Source: a virus
Lineage: Duplodnaviria; Heunggongvirae; Uroviricota; Caudoviricetes
Virus record (IMG/VR): IMGVR_UViG_3300046055_000032
Span: 22,145 to 86,144 of that record
Length of the DNA stretch: 64,000 nt
Direction: 5' to 3' (one strand)
Positions within the stretch are counted from its first letter, which is position 1. Each line of letters opens with the position of its first letter. The translations under genes were made by a program, and so were the position numbers. A model generated the notes under the pieces. The model did no database searches and was not told the origin of the DNA. It saw nothing but the letters and a program-made list of their open reading frames with translations. Below, one piece after another: positions 55,092-64,000 of the stretch.

Positions 55092-55755
55092 CGTTCACCT
55101 CCACAGGGAACACCTCGGCATGGATCTCCTCCTCGATGAATCGCCACACTTCGTGAATGCCGTGCTCCGCAAGGACGTCCCTCGCCGCCGCTTGCTCTTC
55201 CGAACCGCCGCGCCCGACCGCGAACAGAGCCAAGAGGCGCAGCACTTCGTCCTGGGGAGCGTACTGTGACGGCTCGGGGGGGAGGGCTGCCAGCGCGGCG
55301 CGCAACGTAGCGAGCGCTTGATCCGGTGTCTCGTCCAACTGGAACAGCTCTCGTCCGTACGTGACGGGTTGATCCTGCTCGTCATGTCCCGCATAGCTCA
55401 CCTTGTACGTGACGGGAACATTGGAGTTTTCGCCTGATTCCGACCATCGGCGGGGATCTTGTTGGCGGTGAATGTGCACGGTCCCGATGTGGCAACCGTT
55501 CACGCGCAACTCGGCATCCAACATCACGGCACCCCCGACGAGCCGTCCTCCCACACGACGCGACCCTCGATCATGAGGCTCCCGCCCTCGGGGAGGTAGA
55601 TCTCGTCCACCATGTCGCCGTCCGGGCCGTGAACGTACGCGACGACTTCCGTCACGGCTCGTCCTCCAGTACGCGTTTCGCGTCATCCCGCAACGCGACG
55701 GCCTGGAGACGCAACAACCGTTGCCGGCGCTCGTCCCCGTCCTTGATCGCGTCAC
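55081..55755 (-). CDS. hypothetical (start uncertain)
   Basis: ORF; the N-terminal 60 aa are Arg-rich and may not be coding. Confidence 0.35.
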   Translation of the reverse strand: MTRSRTGTSAGNGCCVSRPSRCGMTRNAYWRTSRDGSRRVRSRPGRRHGGRDLPPRGREPHDRGSRRVGGRLVGGAVMLDAELRVNGCHIGTVHIHRQQDPRRWSESGENSNVPVTYKVSYAGHDEQDQPVTYGRELFQLDETPDQALATLRAALAALPPEPSQYAPQDEVLRLLALFAVGRGGSEEQAAARDVLAEHGIHEVWRFIEEEIHAEVFPVEVNDDE

Positions 55756-55904
55756 TGAATTGTTGATTCAACGTCACGCTGCGTTGCAGCAACGTCACGA
55801 GCCGATCGTTCTCGTTGCGGGCGTGCTGTAGGGGCTTGTTCGTGTTCTCCATCATCGTGTCCTCCTCGCTACGCTTCATGCTTGGCTGCGGGGGCGTGAA
55901 TTGT

Positions 55905-56210
55905 TCAGTCATCGGTGGCGCACCTCGCCTCGAACCCGCACTGCTTTTGCATCGAATCTTGATGCACCCACACCAGGCTCGGCGGCTCGTTCTGGTGCGT
56001 TCCCCGGCGCTCGGGAGCGCGATGATACACCTTGATAAGTTCTTGGCCGCAATGATCGCACTCGCACGTTAACGGTGGCGCTTTCCTCGCAACGTCCGCT
56101 TGCGCTTCCCGTAGCTCTTTCCGCATCGGCTGGATCGTTACGGAGTACAGATAGAGAGCCGTACCGACGCCGGCAGCGAGCGCACCGATGAACGCGTCAA
56201 CGAGCATCAC
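55905..56210 (-). CDS. small membrane-anchored Zn-ribbon protein
   Basis: N-terminal helix LVDAFIGALAAGVGTALYLY; CECDHCG. Confidence 0.4.
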   Translation of the reverse strand: MMLVDAFIGALAAGVGTALYLYSVTIQPMRKELREAQADVARKAPPLTCECDHCGQELIKVYHRAPERRGTHQNEPPSLVWVHQDSMQKQCGFEARCATDD

Positions 56211-56743
56211 AACGCTTCCTCCAAGATCGCGAGCTGCTGTCCCGCGACACGCGCCTGATGGATCGCGTCATCCAGCGCGTTATGATGCGTGCCCTCCCGG
56301 TCCGGGTGCTCGATCGGGACGAGCTTGTCCAGCGTACGGCAGCATCGCGCCTCCGCCGGATGCCAGGGAACGTCGTAGTCGATGTGCTCGTACGCGTCGC
56401 GCAGCACGACGTGATCGAACGTGGGCGGGTTCGCCCACAGCACTGTCTCGCGAACGCCACGGTACCAGCTACGGAAACGCCGAAACGCTCGCCGAACGTT
56501 CACGTCACCCTGGACAGCGGCGTGGCGCGCTGGATCGCTTTGCTGCATCCACCACGCAGCCGTGTCCGGGCACGCAACGAAACCTTCCGCCGCCAAACTT
56601 TCCGGGTCGATGGCGGTATAGAACCGTTCGTTGTCGTGCTGCGACGGACCGTTCTCGTCAAACAATACGGCCCCGATACTCAGCACGGGCGCCGGTTTCT
56701 CCGCGCCGAGCGTCTCGATGTCCAGCATCACGTGATTCGTCAT
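56207..56743 (-). CDS. DEDDh-type 3'-5' exonuclease (DnaQ-like)
   Basis: LDIETLG (Exo I), HNALDDAIHQA (Exo III with catalytic His). Confidence 0.6.
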   Translation of the reverse strand: MTNHVMLDIETLGAEKPAPVLSIGAVLFDENGPSQHDNERFYTAIDPESLAAEGFVACPDTAAWWMQQSDPARHAAVQGDVNVRRAFRRFRSWYRGVRETVLWANPPTFDHVVLRDAYEHIDYDVPWHPAEARCCRTLDKLVPIEHPDREGTHHNALDDAIHQARVAGQQLAILEEAL

Positions 56744-57252
56744 GCGAGCATCTCCGAGTCGCCGTCGTCGTTCAAGACGAGCGTGCTGTCGTCACCGCTC
56801 TCGACGAGGACTTCGATACTGTTCACGTCCGCGGCCAGTTGCAGCTGCGTCGAGTACGTATGTCGTCCCTGGGTGCTGACGCGACCCAGCGGGACGCCCA
56901 CCTCGTCCAAGTCGTCGTCTCCAGTGCCTTGAAGCGGTGCGGGCGCGAACGTCCAAACGCCACCCGGGCCGTACAGTACGTGCACGACGATGTCTCGCGT
57001 GGGGTCGTTCGCTAACCGGACGCGCAACTCGCCCTGATACGCGCCGCGATTTCCACCGGGGAGTTCGGAAGTGGATACTTCTTCACGGTGCGAGTTAATG
57101 TGCACGTGAACGAGGTCGTCGCTGTAACCTTCGAACCGAATGGCGTCCATCGTCGCTGACGCCTCGCGTGAGTCGGTGTCAGTCACTGGTCTTCCTCCAA
57201 GTCCTCCATAACGTCGATCTCGGCTTCGATCTCGTCCAGCCAGTCCCGGCAA
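56740..57252 (-). CDS. hypothetical (170 aa)
   Basis: ORF. Confidence 0.4.
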   Translation of the reverse strand: MPGLAGRDRSRDRRYGGLGGRPVTDTDSREASATMDAIRFEGYSDDLVHVHINSHREEVSTSELPGGNRGAYQGELRVRLANDPTRDIVVHVLYGPGGVWTFAPAPLQGTGDDDLDEVGVPLGRVSTQGRHTYSTQLQLAADVNSIEVLVESGDDSTLVLNDDGDSEMLA

Positions 57253-57378
57253 CGGTCAACGAGCCCGCGAGCAGAGTCGAAGGTGTTTCCTGCCAGTTTG
57301 CGTTTCAGATCGTCCACGTCAGTTGACAGTTCTTGATGGTACGCTTTCGCACGCACCCGAGCCTTCTTGCGCTGTCGT

Positions 57379-58089
57379 CTATCCATCCGCGACCCTTTCC
57401 CGTTCCGTGAACTCGTCAACGACTTGCACGTTCTCGTGTCCGTCACGGAACGCCGGCAAATCGTCCTTCCGCAGCTCGCGTTCCCGTTGAACGGTTTCCG
57501 TGAGCGTTACCTCCTCACGGCTCGTCGTTTCGAACAAGAGCAAGTTCTCGGCATCCAGCGACGAGACCAAGCGGGAGCGGACATCGACTCGCGTTTGGGA
57601 CGGTTTGGGTGTCGTGGTGATGGCCTGGAAGCGTTTCAAGTGAAGCTTGCCGTTCGTTGCTTCCTTCTCGTCCCACGTGATGTCATCCACTTCAACGGTT
57701 TCGCCGTCGATCGCGAAAAGGGCGCGGCTCGTATGGCGCGTGAACGTTTTCGCGATCTCCTCCTCGAACGTGACCGTCACGTACGTGACGTCCTCGTACT
57801 GTTCGTCGAGCACCGCCTCGACCTCCTCCTTCTTCGCTTCCAGCTCCTCCATGCGCTCGTAGAACGCCTCCTCAGCCTCCTGCTTGGCGTTCTCGGCCCG
57901 CTCCCGGGCCTCATCCCGCTCCCGTTTCAGCTCGCGGACACGCGCCTCACGGCGCTCCCACGCTTCGGCAGGTACCATCGTCATGCGAACCTCGGTGTCA
58001 TCCGAGACGTCGTCCGCGGGCTCATCCGTTGCGTCCCCGTCCGTGATCTCCTCGTCGTCCGGTTCGTCGTCTCGGTTCCAGAGACCCAT
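57379..58089 (-). CDS. acidic coiled-coil protein (236 aa)
   Basis: ORF. Confidence 0.45.
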   Translation of the reverse strand: MGLWNRDDEPDDEEITDGDATDEPADDVSDDTEVRMTMVPAEAWERREARVRELKRERDEARERAENAKQEAEEAFYERMEELEAKKEEVEAVLDEQYEDVTYVTVTFEEEIAKTFTRHTSRALFAIDGETVEVDDITWDEKEATNGKLHLKRFQAITTTPKPSQTRVDVRSRLVSSLDAENLLLFETTSREEVTLTETVQRERELRKDDLPAFRDGHENVQVVDEFTERERVADG

Positions 58090-58804
58090 CAGTTACGCAC
58101 CCCGAACTCTTGGCCGAAGAACGCTTCGGCGGCCGCGATCGCGACGCGGCACCCGCCGACGTGATTCTCGTTGTCGATCTTGTTCCACGCTTTCTCGATG
58201 CCGTTCTCCAGGACGCGATCACGGTAGTTCGGGCCAGTGCTAACGTCATCGATGACGCGCGACTCGTAATGATCCTGCGACTGGTCGCGGTCGTATTCTT
58301 TGTCCTGGCTTTCACTTCGAGCGCGATCCACGCCGCCTCCCGTGGGCGCCCCGTATCGTAACCGTCCGATGCGATGCCTTTGCGGTCGCTGCTCACGAAA
58401 CGGAACGCGCTTTTCATCCCGTGAAAGCACGCCTTCGCTGCGTGATCGTGCTTCAAGCTCTCGTTGCACAGCCCGTGATGATGATGGCAGCGCTCCTCGT
58501 CGCCGCGCGTACCCGGTAACTCGCACGGCGAACCGTTGTCCGTCGGGTAACCGCACTCGGGAACGAGCCCGTCGTGATGATGGCAACGATCCTCACCGTC
58601 CGGCGGAATGAGCTGGCAGGGGGAGCCGTCGTCCGTCGGGTACTCGCAACGATCCGGTGACGCGTCCCCCGCGTTCCCGTCGCCGTTGGCGACGTATGTG
58701 GGGATATGGCTCACGGACGTGCCACCGCTCCCCGCCAAACTGTCCCAGGACGAGAACCGTTTCGCGGTCTTGGCTCCATCTGAGCTGAGCGTCATGCTTG
58801 TCAT
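58089..58804 (-). pseudogene. Cys/His-rich protein with a duplicated C-x-YPTD-x-GSPC...RCHHH(H)GL motif; the reading frame breaks mid-gene
   Basis: Track ORF 58022..58804 looks protein-like only in its first ~140-150 aa; track ORF 58089..58586 looks protein-like only in its last ~80 aa (..YRDRVLENGIEKAWNKIDNENHVGGCRVAIAAAEAFFGQEF) and ends exactly at the start of the next gene; the switch maps to ~58325-58385, near a GGGGCGCCC run. Confidence 0.4.
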
Positions 58805-58858
58805 CGTGATCCTGGCATCCTCTATCGCCAGGAACCCGCTTCGGCCCCTTAAGATTTT

Positions 58859-59863
58859 TTATTTCGTCTCGTTGGATGCCTGCACCGGCGCTCCCGGCTC
58901 GGGCTGATCCAGTTCGTGCTGCGCTTGCAGATGCAAACGCAACGCGTCGTGCGTCCCGAACCCGGCATCGCAGAGCGGGCACGACGAGACGTCCTCGGGT
59001 GTCGCACCGGGCTCGTTCGAGCCCGGGCAATCCTCCCCCGTCGCCGGGTCCTCGTGAACGGCGGGCGCCGCGTCGCCTCCCCCCGCCCAGCAGAGCGACC
59101 CGCAGCGTTGGCACCGCACGTTCTCCGACAACTCCGGGTGCGCGCCGCTGCCATCGCAGGGATAGTCACCCGTTTTGCGGTTCTTGTGCTTGTACAGGAC
59201 CGGTCGATGTTCTCGCGTATGGAACGACGCCTCGCACACCGGGCACTTCGCCGTGCTTTCCCGCTCCGCCCGGATCTCGTCCTGCGTCTTGTTCTGCACT
59301 TCGGGACGGTCCGGGCAACGGTGCCGCTGATGCGTCGTGAGTGCCGTACGCCATGTCGTCTCGTAACCGCAACCGTGACGGCAACAGGTCGGTTCATCGA
59401 ACGTGTTCGATTTCACGTTCTCCATCGCGTCCCGGTCCGGTCCGTCCTCGGAACGGCTCTGGTCCGATACCGCCGGGTGATCCTCCGGGTCCTGGTCATA
59501 GTACTCTAAGAGAGCCCACCGTACTTGCTCCGAGATGGTGGTACCCTCCAACAGTTTGACTTGATGCAAGAGATGGTGCAGCGAGCCGGGGAGGTGGACT
59601 TTGACGTTTTGCGTACCGCCGAACGATGACGCTAACTCGTCGTCGTCCGTGCCCCTGTCGTTCTCGATGTTCACGAGCCCTCCTCCGCACCGCAGCACGT
59701 TGGACAGTACCAGCGAGATCCTTGACGCGCTTGCCCCACGTGCGTCGATGCCCCGCAACCGAGCGTTGCGCACTCCTTCGCGTGAACAGCTCTCTTCTGA
59801 CTCATGGGATAACGCCCCGCAAAGCGTCGAACGCTTCGACCCCGATCGCCGTCGCGAAACCAA
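58859..59863 (-). CDS. C2H2-type zinc-finger protein (334 aa)
   Basis: CPVCEASFHTREH..., CPLCDAGFGTHDALRLHLQAQH. Confidence 0.45.
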   Translation of the reverse strand: MVSRRRSGSKRSTLCGALSHESEESCSREGVRNARLRGIDARGASASRISLVLSNVLRCGGGLVNIENDRGTDDDELASSFGGTQNVKVHLPGSLHHLLHQVKLLEGTTISEQVRWALLEYYDQDPEDHPAVSDQSRSEDGPDRDAMENVKSNTFDEPTCCRHGCGYETTWRTALTTHQRHRCPDRPEVQNKTQDEIRAERESTAKCPVCEASFHTREHRPVLYKHKNRKTGDYPCDGSGAHPELSENVRCQRCGSLCWAGGGDAAPAVHEDPATGEDCPGSNEPGATPEDVSSCPLCDAGFGTHDALRLHLQAQHELDQPEPGAPVQASNETK

Positions 59864-59991
59864 GAAGGGCTGCTAACACGATCACGCAGCCCGTGAGGAC
59901 GAACCAAGCGACCGTCACTTCAACGATTCGAGTCATCGGTACCCCTCCGCAACCGCGGTGACGAGCCAAGGGACGAGCAGTGCGCGACGCA

Positions 59992-60876
59992 TCAGTTCCC
60001 GCCTCCTGCCGTGGACGTTTGCGCGGAACCGTCCGTGCCCGGGACGGGAATCAGCAGATCCGCATCCGTCCCGTTCCCGCCGCCGGCGATGGTCGTGGGC
60101 GTGACGCCGTTCCATTGCTCGATCCACTTGTAGATCAAGTAGTTCTGGTTTTGCGCTAACTGTTGATTGATGGTCTCGATCGCGTCCGCCTCCCCCTCCG
60201 CCGTGATGCGAGTCTGGTTCGCTTCGTGCCCCGCCGCGATCTCCAACCGCTTCTGCTTCTGCGCCTTTTGCTCGGCCACAACTTTCTGCTCGATGCTGTC
60301 CGTGATCTCTTTCGAGAACACGAGGTTCTCGATGTCAATGTTCGTGACCACGATATGGTTCTCGTTCAGTACCGGGGACAGCTCATCCTCGACGGTCGGC
60401 GCCAACATGGAACGGTTCTTGATGAGTTCTTCAGCCGTGAACTGCGCCATCGTGGCCTTCACGCTCTGCTTGATCGCGGGCTCGATCACGATGTTCTTCA
60501 CGTCGCTCGGGTTCCCGATGTTCTGGTACACCCACGGCGTCCATCCCGCTTCGAGCCGATACCCGACGGTGACGCGAACGTCAACGATCTGCAAATCATC
60601 GCTAGTGCTCTCCAACTCCTCTGTGCTCTTCTGCTTCTGGACGCTGTACACGATCGCGTCCTGCACGAACGGAGTCTTCACGTGCCATCCCTCTTCCCGT
60701 ACGGGCTGCTCTTGCGTTCCCGAGCGCTGGTCAAAGATGACGGCCTCGTGACCGGCCGGTACTTCGTAGACAGCACTGATGAGCGCCGCCGCCCCGATGA
60801 GGGCAGCGATGATCACGATAGCGCCCATGACTTTCCCTACAGCCGTTACGTTGCCTCGTGCGTCAGTGAGTTCCAT
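59992..60876 (-). CDS. SPFH / band-7 (prohibitin/stomatin-like) membrane protein
   Basis: N-terminal TM helix VMGAIVIIAALIGAAALISAV, then VPAGHEAVIFDQRSG...VDVRVTVGYRL...ATMAQFTAEELIKNRSML..., then an EQKVVAEQKAQKQKRLEIAAGHEANQTRITAEGEADAI coiled-coil, as in SPFH proteins. Confidence 0.65.
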   Translation of the reverse strand: MELTDARGNVTAVGKVMGAIVIIAALIGAAALISAVYEVPAGHEAVIFDQRSGTQEQPVREEGWHVKTPFVQDAIVYSVQKQKSTEELESTSDDLQIVDVRVTVGYRLEAGWTPWVYQNIGNPSDVKNIVIEPAIKQSVKATMAQFTAEELIKNRSMLAPTVEDELSPVLNENHIVVTNIDIENLVFSKEITDSIEQKVVAEQKAQKQKRLEIAAGHEANQTRITAEGEADAIETINQQLAQNQNYLIYKWIEQWNGVTPTTIAGGGNGTDADLLIPVPGTDGSAQTSTAGGGN

Positions 60877-61033
60877 CTTGGCATCCCATCTCGTAGCGTC
60901 GATTAGTTGTTTTCGTCGTCGCGTTGCTGCTCGATCTCGCGGACCCGCCGATCCTGCTGGATCGCGTACGCGAGAGCAAGGAACGTGACGGCCAGAACGA
61001 TGAGGGCAGCGGCCGCGATACGCAGCCCAGCAC

Positions 61034-61432
61034 TCACGGGATCGTCTCCGTGCCGGTTCGCGAAACGTTCACGGACGACGGCTCGTCACTGACAGCGACC
61101 AGCTCTTCGAGGACGGCGCGCGTCTCCTGGATCTGTTGCTTCGCAGAGTCGTCCCGGGAGAGTCCGTAGCGTGGCGCGCGCCAACATTGTTCCCCGTCAG
61201 CGGCGGCGGCGATGATGCGCTCGGCGCGTGTCCCGTTCAACCAGTCCTCGTTGTGGCCACCGAAGAGGGCCGTCAGCGGGCAAGGTGCTTCCATGCGGTC
61301 CTCGTCCGCGCAGTTCGCCAAACGGATGAATCCCTGTTCGTTTTGGCGAAGGGAAACGTCGCCGCCACGTACCGCAGCGGTGAGCTTCACCGTCAGTTCC
61401 GCGAGCGTGAAGTCCCGCATCGTGATCGTCAC
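61034..61432 (-). CDS. hypothetical (132 aa)
   Basis: ORF. Confidence 0.4.
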   Translation of the reverse strand: MTITMRDFTLAELTVKLTAAVRGGDVSLRQNEQGFIRLANCADEDRMEAPCPLTALFGGHNEDWLNGTRAERIIAAAADGEQCWRAPRYGLSRDDSAKQQIQETRAVLEELVAVSDEPSSVNVSRTGTETIP

Positions 61433-61493
61433 GTGATGAACCCGCCTCGGCTCTTTTCTTTCTTTTGGATTCGGTACGCTCGGCGGAGCAACG

Positions 61494-61805
61494 TCACTTC
61501 TTGTTCCACCAGGTGGCGAGTTGGTCGCCCGAGATGGTCCGCGGCTTCAGCCCGTCCCGCTCGTCGCCGCACTCCACGCACTCGTTCTCGGATCGCTCGA
61601 CGGCTTGACGGATCGTGGCCTCGAACAGTTCGTGCGCCGTGTCCACGGCGTCGGCCTCGACCTGTAGATCCGTGTAGTGCTTCAGCGCTTCCCAGACCTC
61701 GTTCCGCGAAAAGTACCGGTCGTCCGCGTGGTGTCCGTTCCTCGTGGTCCCACCCTCGTCGTTAAATGTCTCCTCTGCTGGCAAAGCGAACGCCTCGCAA
61801 GGCAA
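61494..61805 (-). CDS. hypothetical (103 aa), non-ATG start
   Basis: TTG-initiated ORF preceded by the degenerate cassette TTTAGAAAGATTAAAG; CVECG. Confidence 0.35.
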   Translation of the reverse strand: MPCEAFALPAEETFNDEGGTTRNGHHADDRYFSRNEVWEALKHYTDLQVEADAVDTAHELFEATIRQAVERSENECVECGDERDGLKPRTISGDQLATWWNKK

Positions 61806-61915
61806 GCAGTCGATTGGTTGGGCTTTAATCTTTCTAAATCCGCAAGGCGTTGGTGTGAGAAGAAAACGTCGATGAATCGCTCTCCCATCGAATCATCCAG
61901 AGCGGGGGCGAAGCG

Positions 61916-62386
61916 TCACGCCGCGCTGTACCAATCGTCGGGGATCGGTCCGATCGGTGACGCACGCCTCGCCCACACCCATCCGTCGCGAGGCCGACGC
62001 GAGCGCCCGTCCGCCTCCCAACGCTCGCGTTCCTTCGCGCGTGATGAGGCGAGGAGCAGATACACGCGGAAGAAATGGTTCCGTCTCCGCCCATCATCAG
62101 GGTCTCTCTCGCTTCTCCAGGCCAGCAGATAGCGTTGCTCCCACGAGCGAGGGGGGACAAAGGCCTCACCGTCACGGCGCTCCATGCGCTTCAGTCGGCC
62201 GCTGACGCCATTCGTCGTCGTCGCCTGAACGAGCGCAAAGCCCGTCGGGATGAAACCGATGACGTCCGCGCCGAAGAGATCCTCCGCTTGCCATTGAGTC
62301 TTGACCGCGCGGTGCGTATGGCGGGCGAGCTTTTCCTCGATGAGCCACGTCTCCGCAGCCCGTTCCCGAGCCTTGTCACTTACCAT
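61916..62386 (-). CDS. hypothetical, weak resemblance to a restriction-endonuclease-like nuclease or resolvase
   Basis: DLFGADVIGF...GFALVQATT is reminiscent of PD-(D/E)xK / Hjc-type cores, but incomplete. Confidence 0.35.
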   Translation of the reverse strand: MVSDKARERAAETWLIEEKLARHTHRAVKTQWQAEDLFGADVIGFIPTGFALVQATTTNGVSGRLKRMERRDGEAFVPPRSWEQRYLLAWRSERDPDDGRRRNHFFRVYLLLASSRAKERERWEADGRSRRPRDGWVWARRASPIGPIPDDWYSAA

Positions 62387-62518
62387 GTTTCCTCACGTAC
62401 GTGAAAGAAAGGTCCAGAGACAGTGAAGAGAAGTACCACTACAGTCGTCCCCTCTGACCACTCTCTCTACATCCTTTGCTGAGGCGGTTCGTGTTCTCTT
62501 CCTCATGGCATGAAAGGC

Positions 62519-63721
62519 TTATGGCTTCTCAATATCACAGACACACTCCCACTTCGGGAGGTTGCAGTCCTCGCACTCGGGCACCTCACCAGCCTGTTCC
62601 AAGAAGTCCGGCGGCGCTTTCGGGGCAGGTTCGACGGCTGCCGCCCACGAGGCCATGTCCTTCGGCGAGTCCGGGAGCTTGCTCTGCACGGCGTCGATGC
62701 CCTTGGCAACGGTTTGCGCCGATCCGCTGTCCTCGTCCATGACGACCGGATCGACGTACTCATCGAACCATTCGTAACCCTTCTCCGTCACCTCGAACAG
62801 TTTACGGCCATGCTCACCCCGACGCCCGAGGAGCTTCAGCATGCCGGTCTTGCGCGCGTTCTTGAACGCTTTCCGGGCACGGTACTCGCTGATACCGGGA
62901 GTTCGGCGCTTCACGAACTCGCTGACGCGCACCGTCTCGTCTTCCATTTCTCTCTGGCGCGCGAACTCGATCGCGGAGATCAAGTTCTCCTCCTCCTCCA
63001 TCGAGAGGGTTTGCATACGCGCCCGCCGCCAAACGCCTTCCATGTTATCGCCAAGCTCGAACATGAACCCGTACATGGTTTGCCGGCCACGAGCCTTGTC
63101 GCGCGTGATCATGCGTTGATCGGGGACGTCTTGAGCACCACTCGGTTTGTGCTCCAGCATCCAAGTGAAGTCCACGCCAGCTCGGTTGTGTTGGCTGCCG
63201 TAGTACTCGCCGTCTTTCGTCATGTGCGCGAGGAGGGCGATGGTGCAGGGGTGGTCGTGCTTGACTTGCTTGATGTTGCCGAGCGCGTTCTTGACAGGCA
63301 CGTGCATCGCAGGGTCCTCGAACATGACTTCCGTCAGGCTGTCGATGATGACGATGTCCGGTTCGTACCGCTTCACCCACTTCTTGAACTTGTCGCGTCC
63401 CTCCGGCGAGTCGAGCTTGATGTTCTCGTGATGCTTCGCGTACAGTTCCCCGTCAGGGGGGTCGCCGTCGCTCTTCGCCTGGTACACGCTGCCGATGCGC
63501 TGCTGCCAATGGTCCTCGTTCATGTCCTGGTTGACGAAGAGGACGGAGTCAACCTGCTCGGTTGCCAGCTTCCCGAGCGCGCGGGTGCCCATCAGGCAGC
63601 TGAGGGCAGCGTCGATCGCGAGCGCCGTCTTGCCGCTCTGCGCTTGCCCGAAGATGATGCCCAGCTCGTTCTTGGGTAGGAAACCGTCGATGTACCAGCC
63701 GTCGCGGGGTTTACTCGTCAT
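62519..63721 (-). CDS. RecA/DnaB-superfamily replication ATPase (AAA_25/RepA-like) with a C-terminal wHTH
   Basis: Walker A GQAQSGKT; Walker B VIIDSL; CTIALLAHMTKDG sensor-like region; C-terminal helix-turn-helix; TATA-like and AT-rich sequence upstream. Confidence 0.65.
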   Translation of the reverse strand: MTSKPRDGWYIDGFLPKNELGIIFGQAQSGKTALAIDAALSCLMGTRALGKLATEQVDSVLFVNQDMNEDHWQQRIGSVYQAKSDGDPPDGELYAKHHENIKLDSPEGRDKFKKWVKRYEPDIVIIDSLTEVMFEDPAMHVPVKNALGNIKQVKHDHPCTIALLAHMTKDGEYYGSQHNRAGVDFTWMLEHKPSGAQDVPDQRMITRDKARGRQTMYGFMFELGDNMEGVWRRARMQTLSMEEEENLISAIEFARQREMEDETVRVSEFVKRRTPGISEYRARKAFKNARKTGMLKLLGRRGEHGRKLFEVTEKGYEWFDEYVDPVVMDEDSGSAQTVAKGIDAVQSKLPDSPKDMASWAAAVEPAPKAPPDFLEQAGEVPECEDCNLPKWECVCDIEKP

Positions 63722-63924
63722 CGGGGTCCATCTCCAAGTAGTTTCGAAGGGCGTCGGTTACGATGTGGCTCCTTGGTCGATCTTCTTCCTCCGCTGCGTC
63801 GTCGAGAGCTTCAGCCAGGTGCCGATCGAAGCTATGTGATAGAACGACTTTATGCATTTTTCGCTTCGACGCCAAGGAGGGTCGCCTCGCTTCATAAATA
63901 TTTCGATCTGCGTTCGATAGCAGG

Positions 63925-64000
63925 TGAGAGAAGAGAGAGGGAGAGGGGGAAGGTTGGGTTGGGAGGTAGGATCGGAGTAGAGAGAGGGGGGGAGGAGGGT
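63925..64000. repeat. polypurine (GA-rich) tract at the right end of the window
   Basis: gtgagagaagagagagggagagggggaaggttgggttgggaggtaggatcggagtagagagagggggggaggagggt, roughly 95% purine over about 75 nt. Confidence 0.7.

Noticed and set aside
1-64000. Integrase, att sites or flanking host genes, which would indicate an integrated provirus
   Set aside because: No tyrosine or serine recombinase signature, no tRNA and no obviously cellular gene was found. The window appears entirely viral; integration status cannot be judged from this sequence alone.

Overview
This GC-rich 64 kb window (about 63-65% GC) reads as essentially one contiguous genome, or a large part of one, of a tailed (HK97-fold, siphovirus-like) haloarchaeal virus. 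There is no recognisable host gene, integrase, att site, tRNA or CRISPR array. Almost all genes lie on the minus strand and are tightly packed, with many ATGA-type 4-nt overlaps. Read in the direction of transcription (high to low coordinate) the order is as follows. Replication and early genes (about 49-63.7 kb): a RecA/DnaB-like ATPase, an SPFH/band-7 protein, a DEDDh 3'-5' exonuclease, an ASCH-like protein, Zn-ribbon proteins, and a Dam-type N6-adenine methyltransferase interrupted in a G10 tract. Terminase small and large subunits (46.5-48.5 kb) and a run of small Zn-ribbon ORFs. Portal (40.6-42.7 kb). A MuF-like minor head protein, followed by a protein with two tandem ADP-ribosyltransferase-like domains and a RelA/SpoT-like nucleotidyltransferase protein (35.8-40.2 kb). 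A roughly 4.7 kb island of about 14 small genes driven by four copies of a conserved promoter/5'UTR cassette (31.1-35.8 kb). A 1126-aa polyprotein containing an HK97 prohead protease domain, then scaffold and major capsid protein (25.5-31 kb). Head completion, decoration and connector genes. Major tail protein, a tail assembly chaperone with a canonical A_AAA_AAG -1 frameshift site, two paralogous tape-measure-like proteins, and several fiber/adhesin proteins with LamG domains and internal tandem repeats (4.7-24 kb). The left end carries a handful of plus-strand early or regulatory genes. Functional calls rest on motif-level recognition by eye and are tentative. No database search was run.
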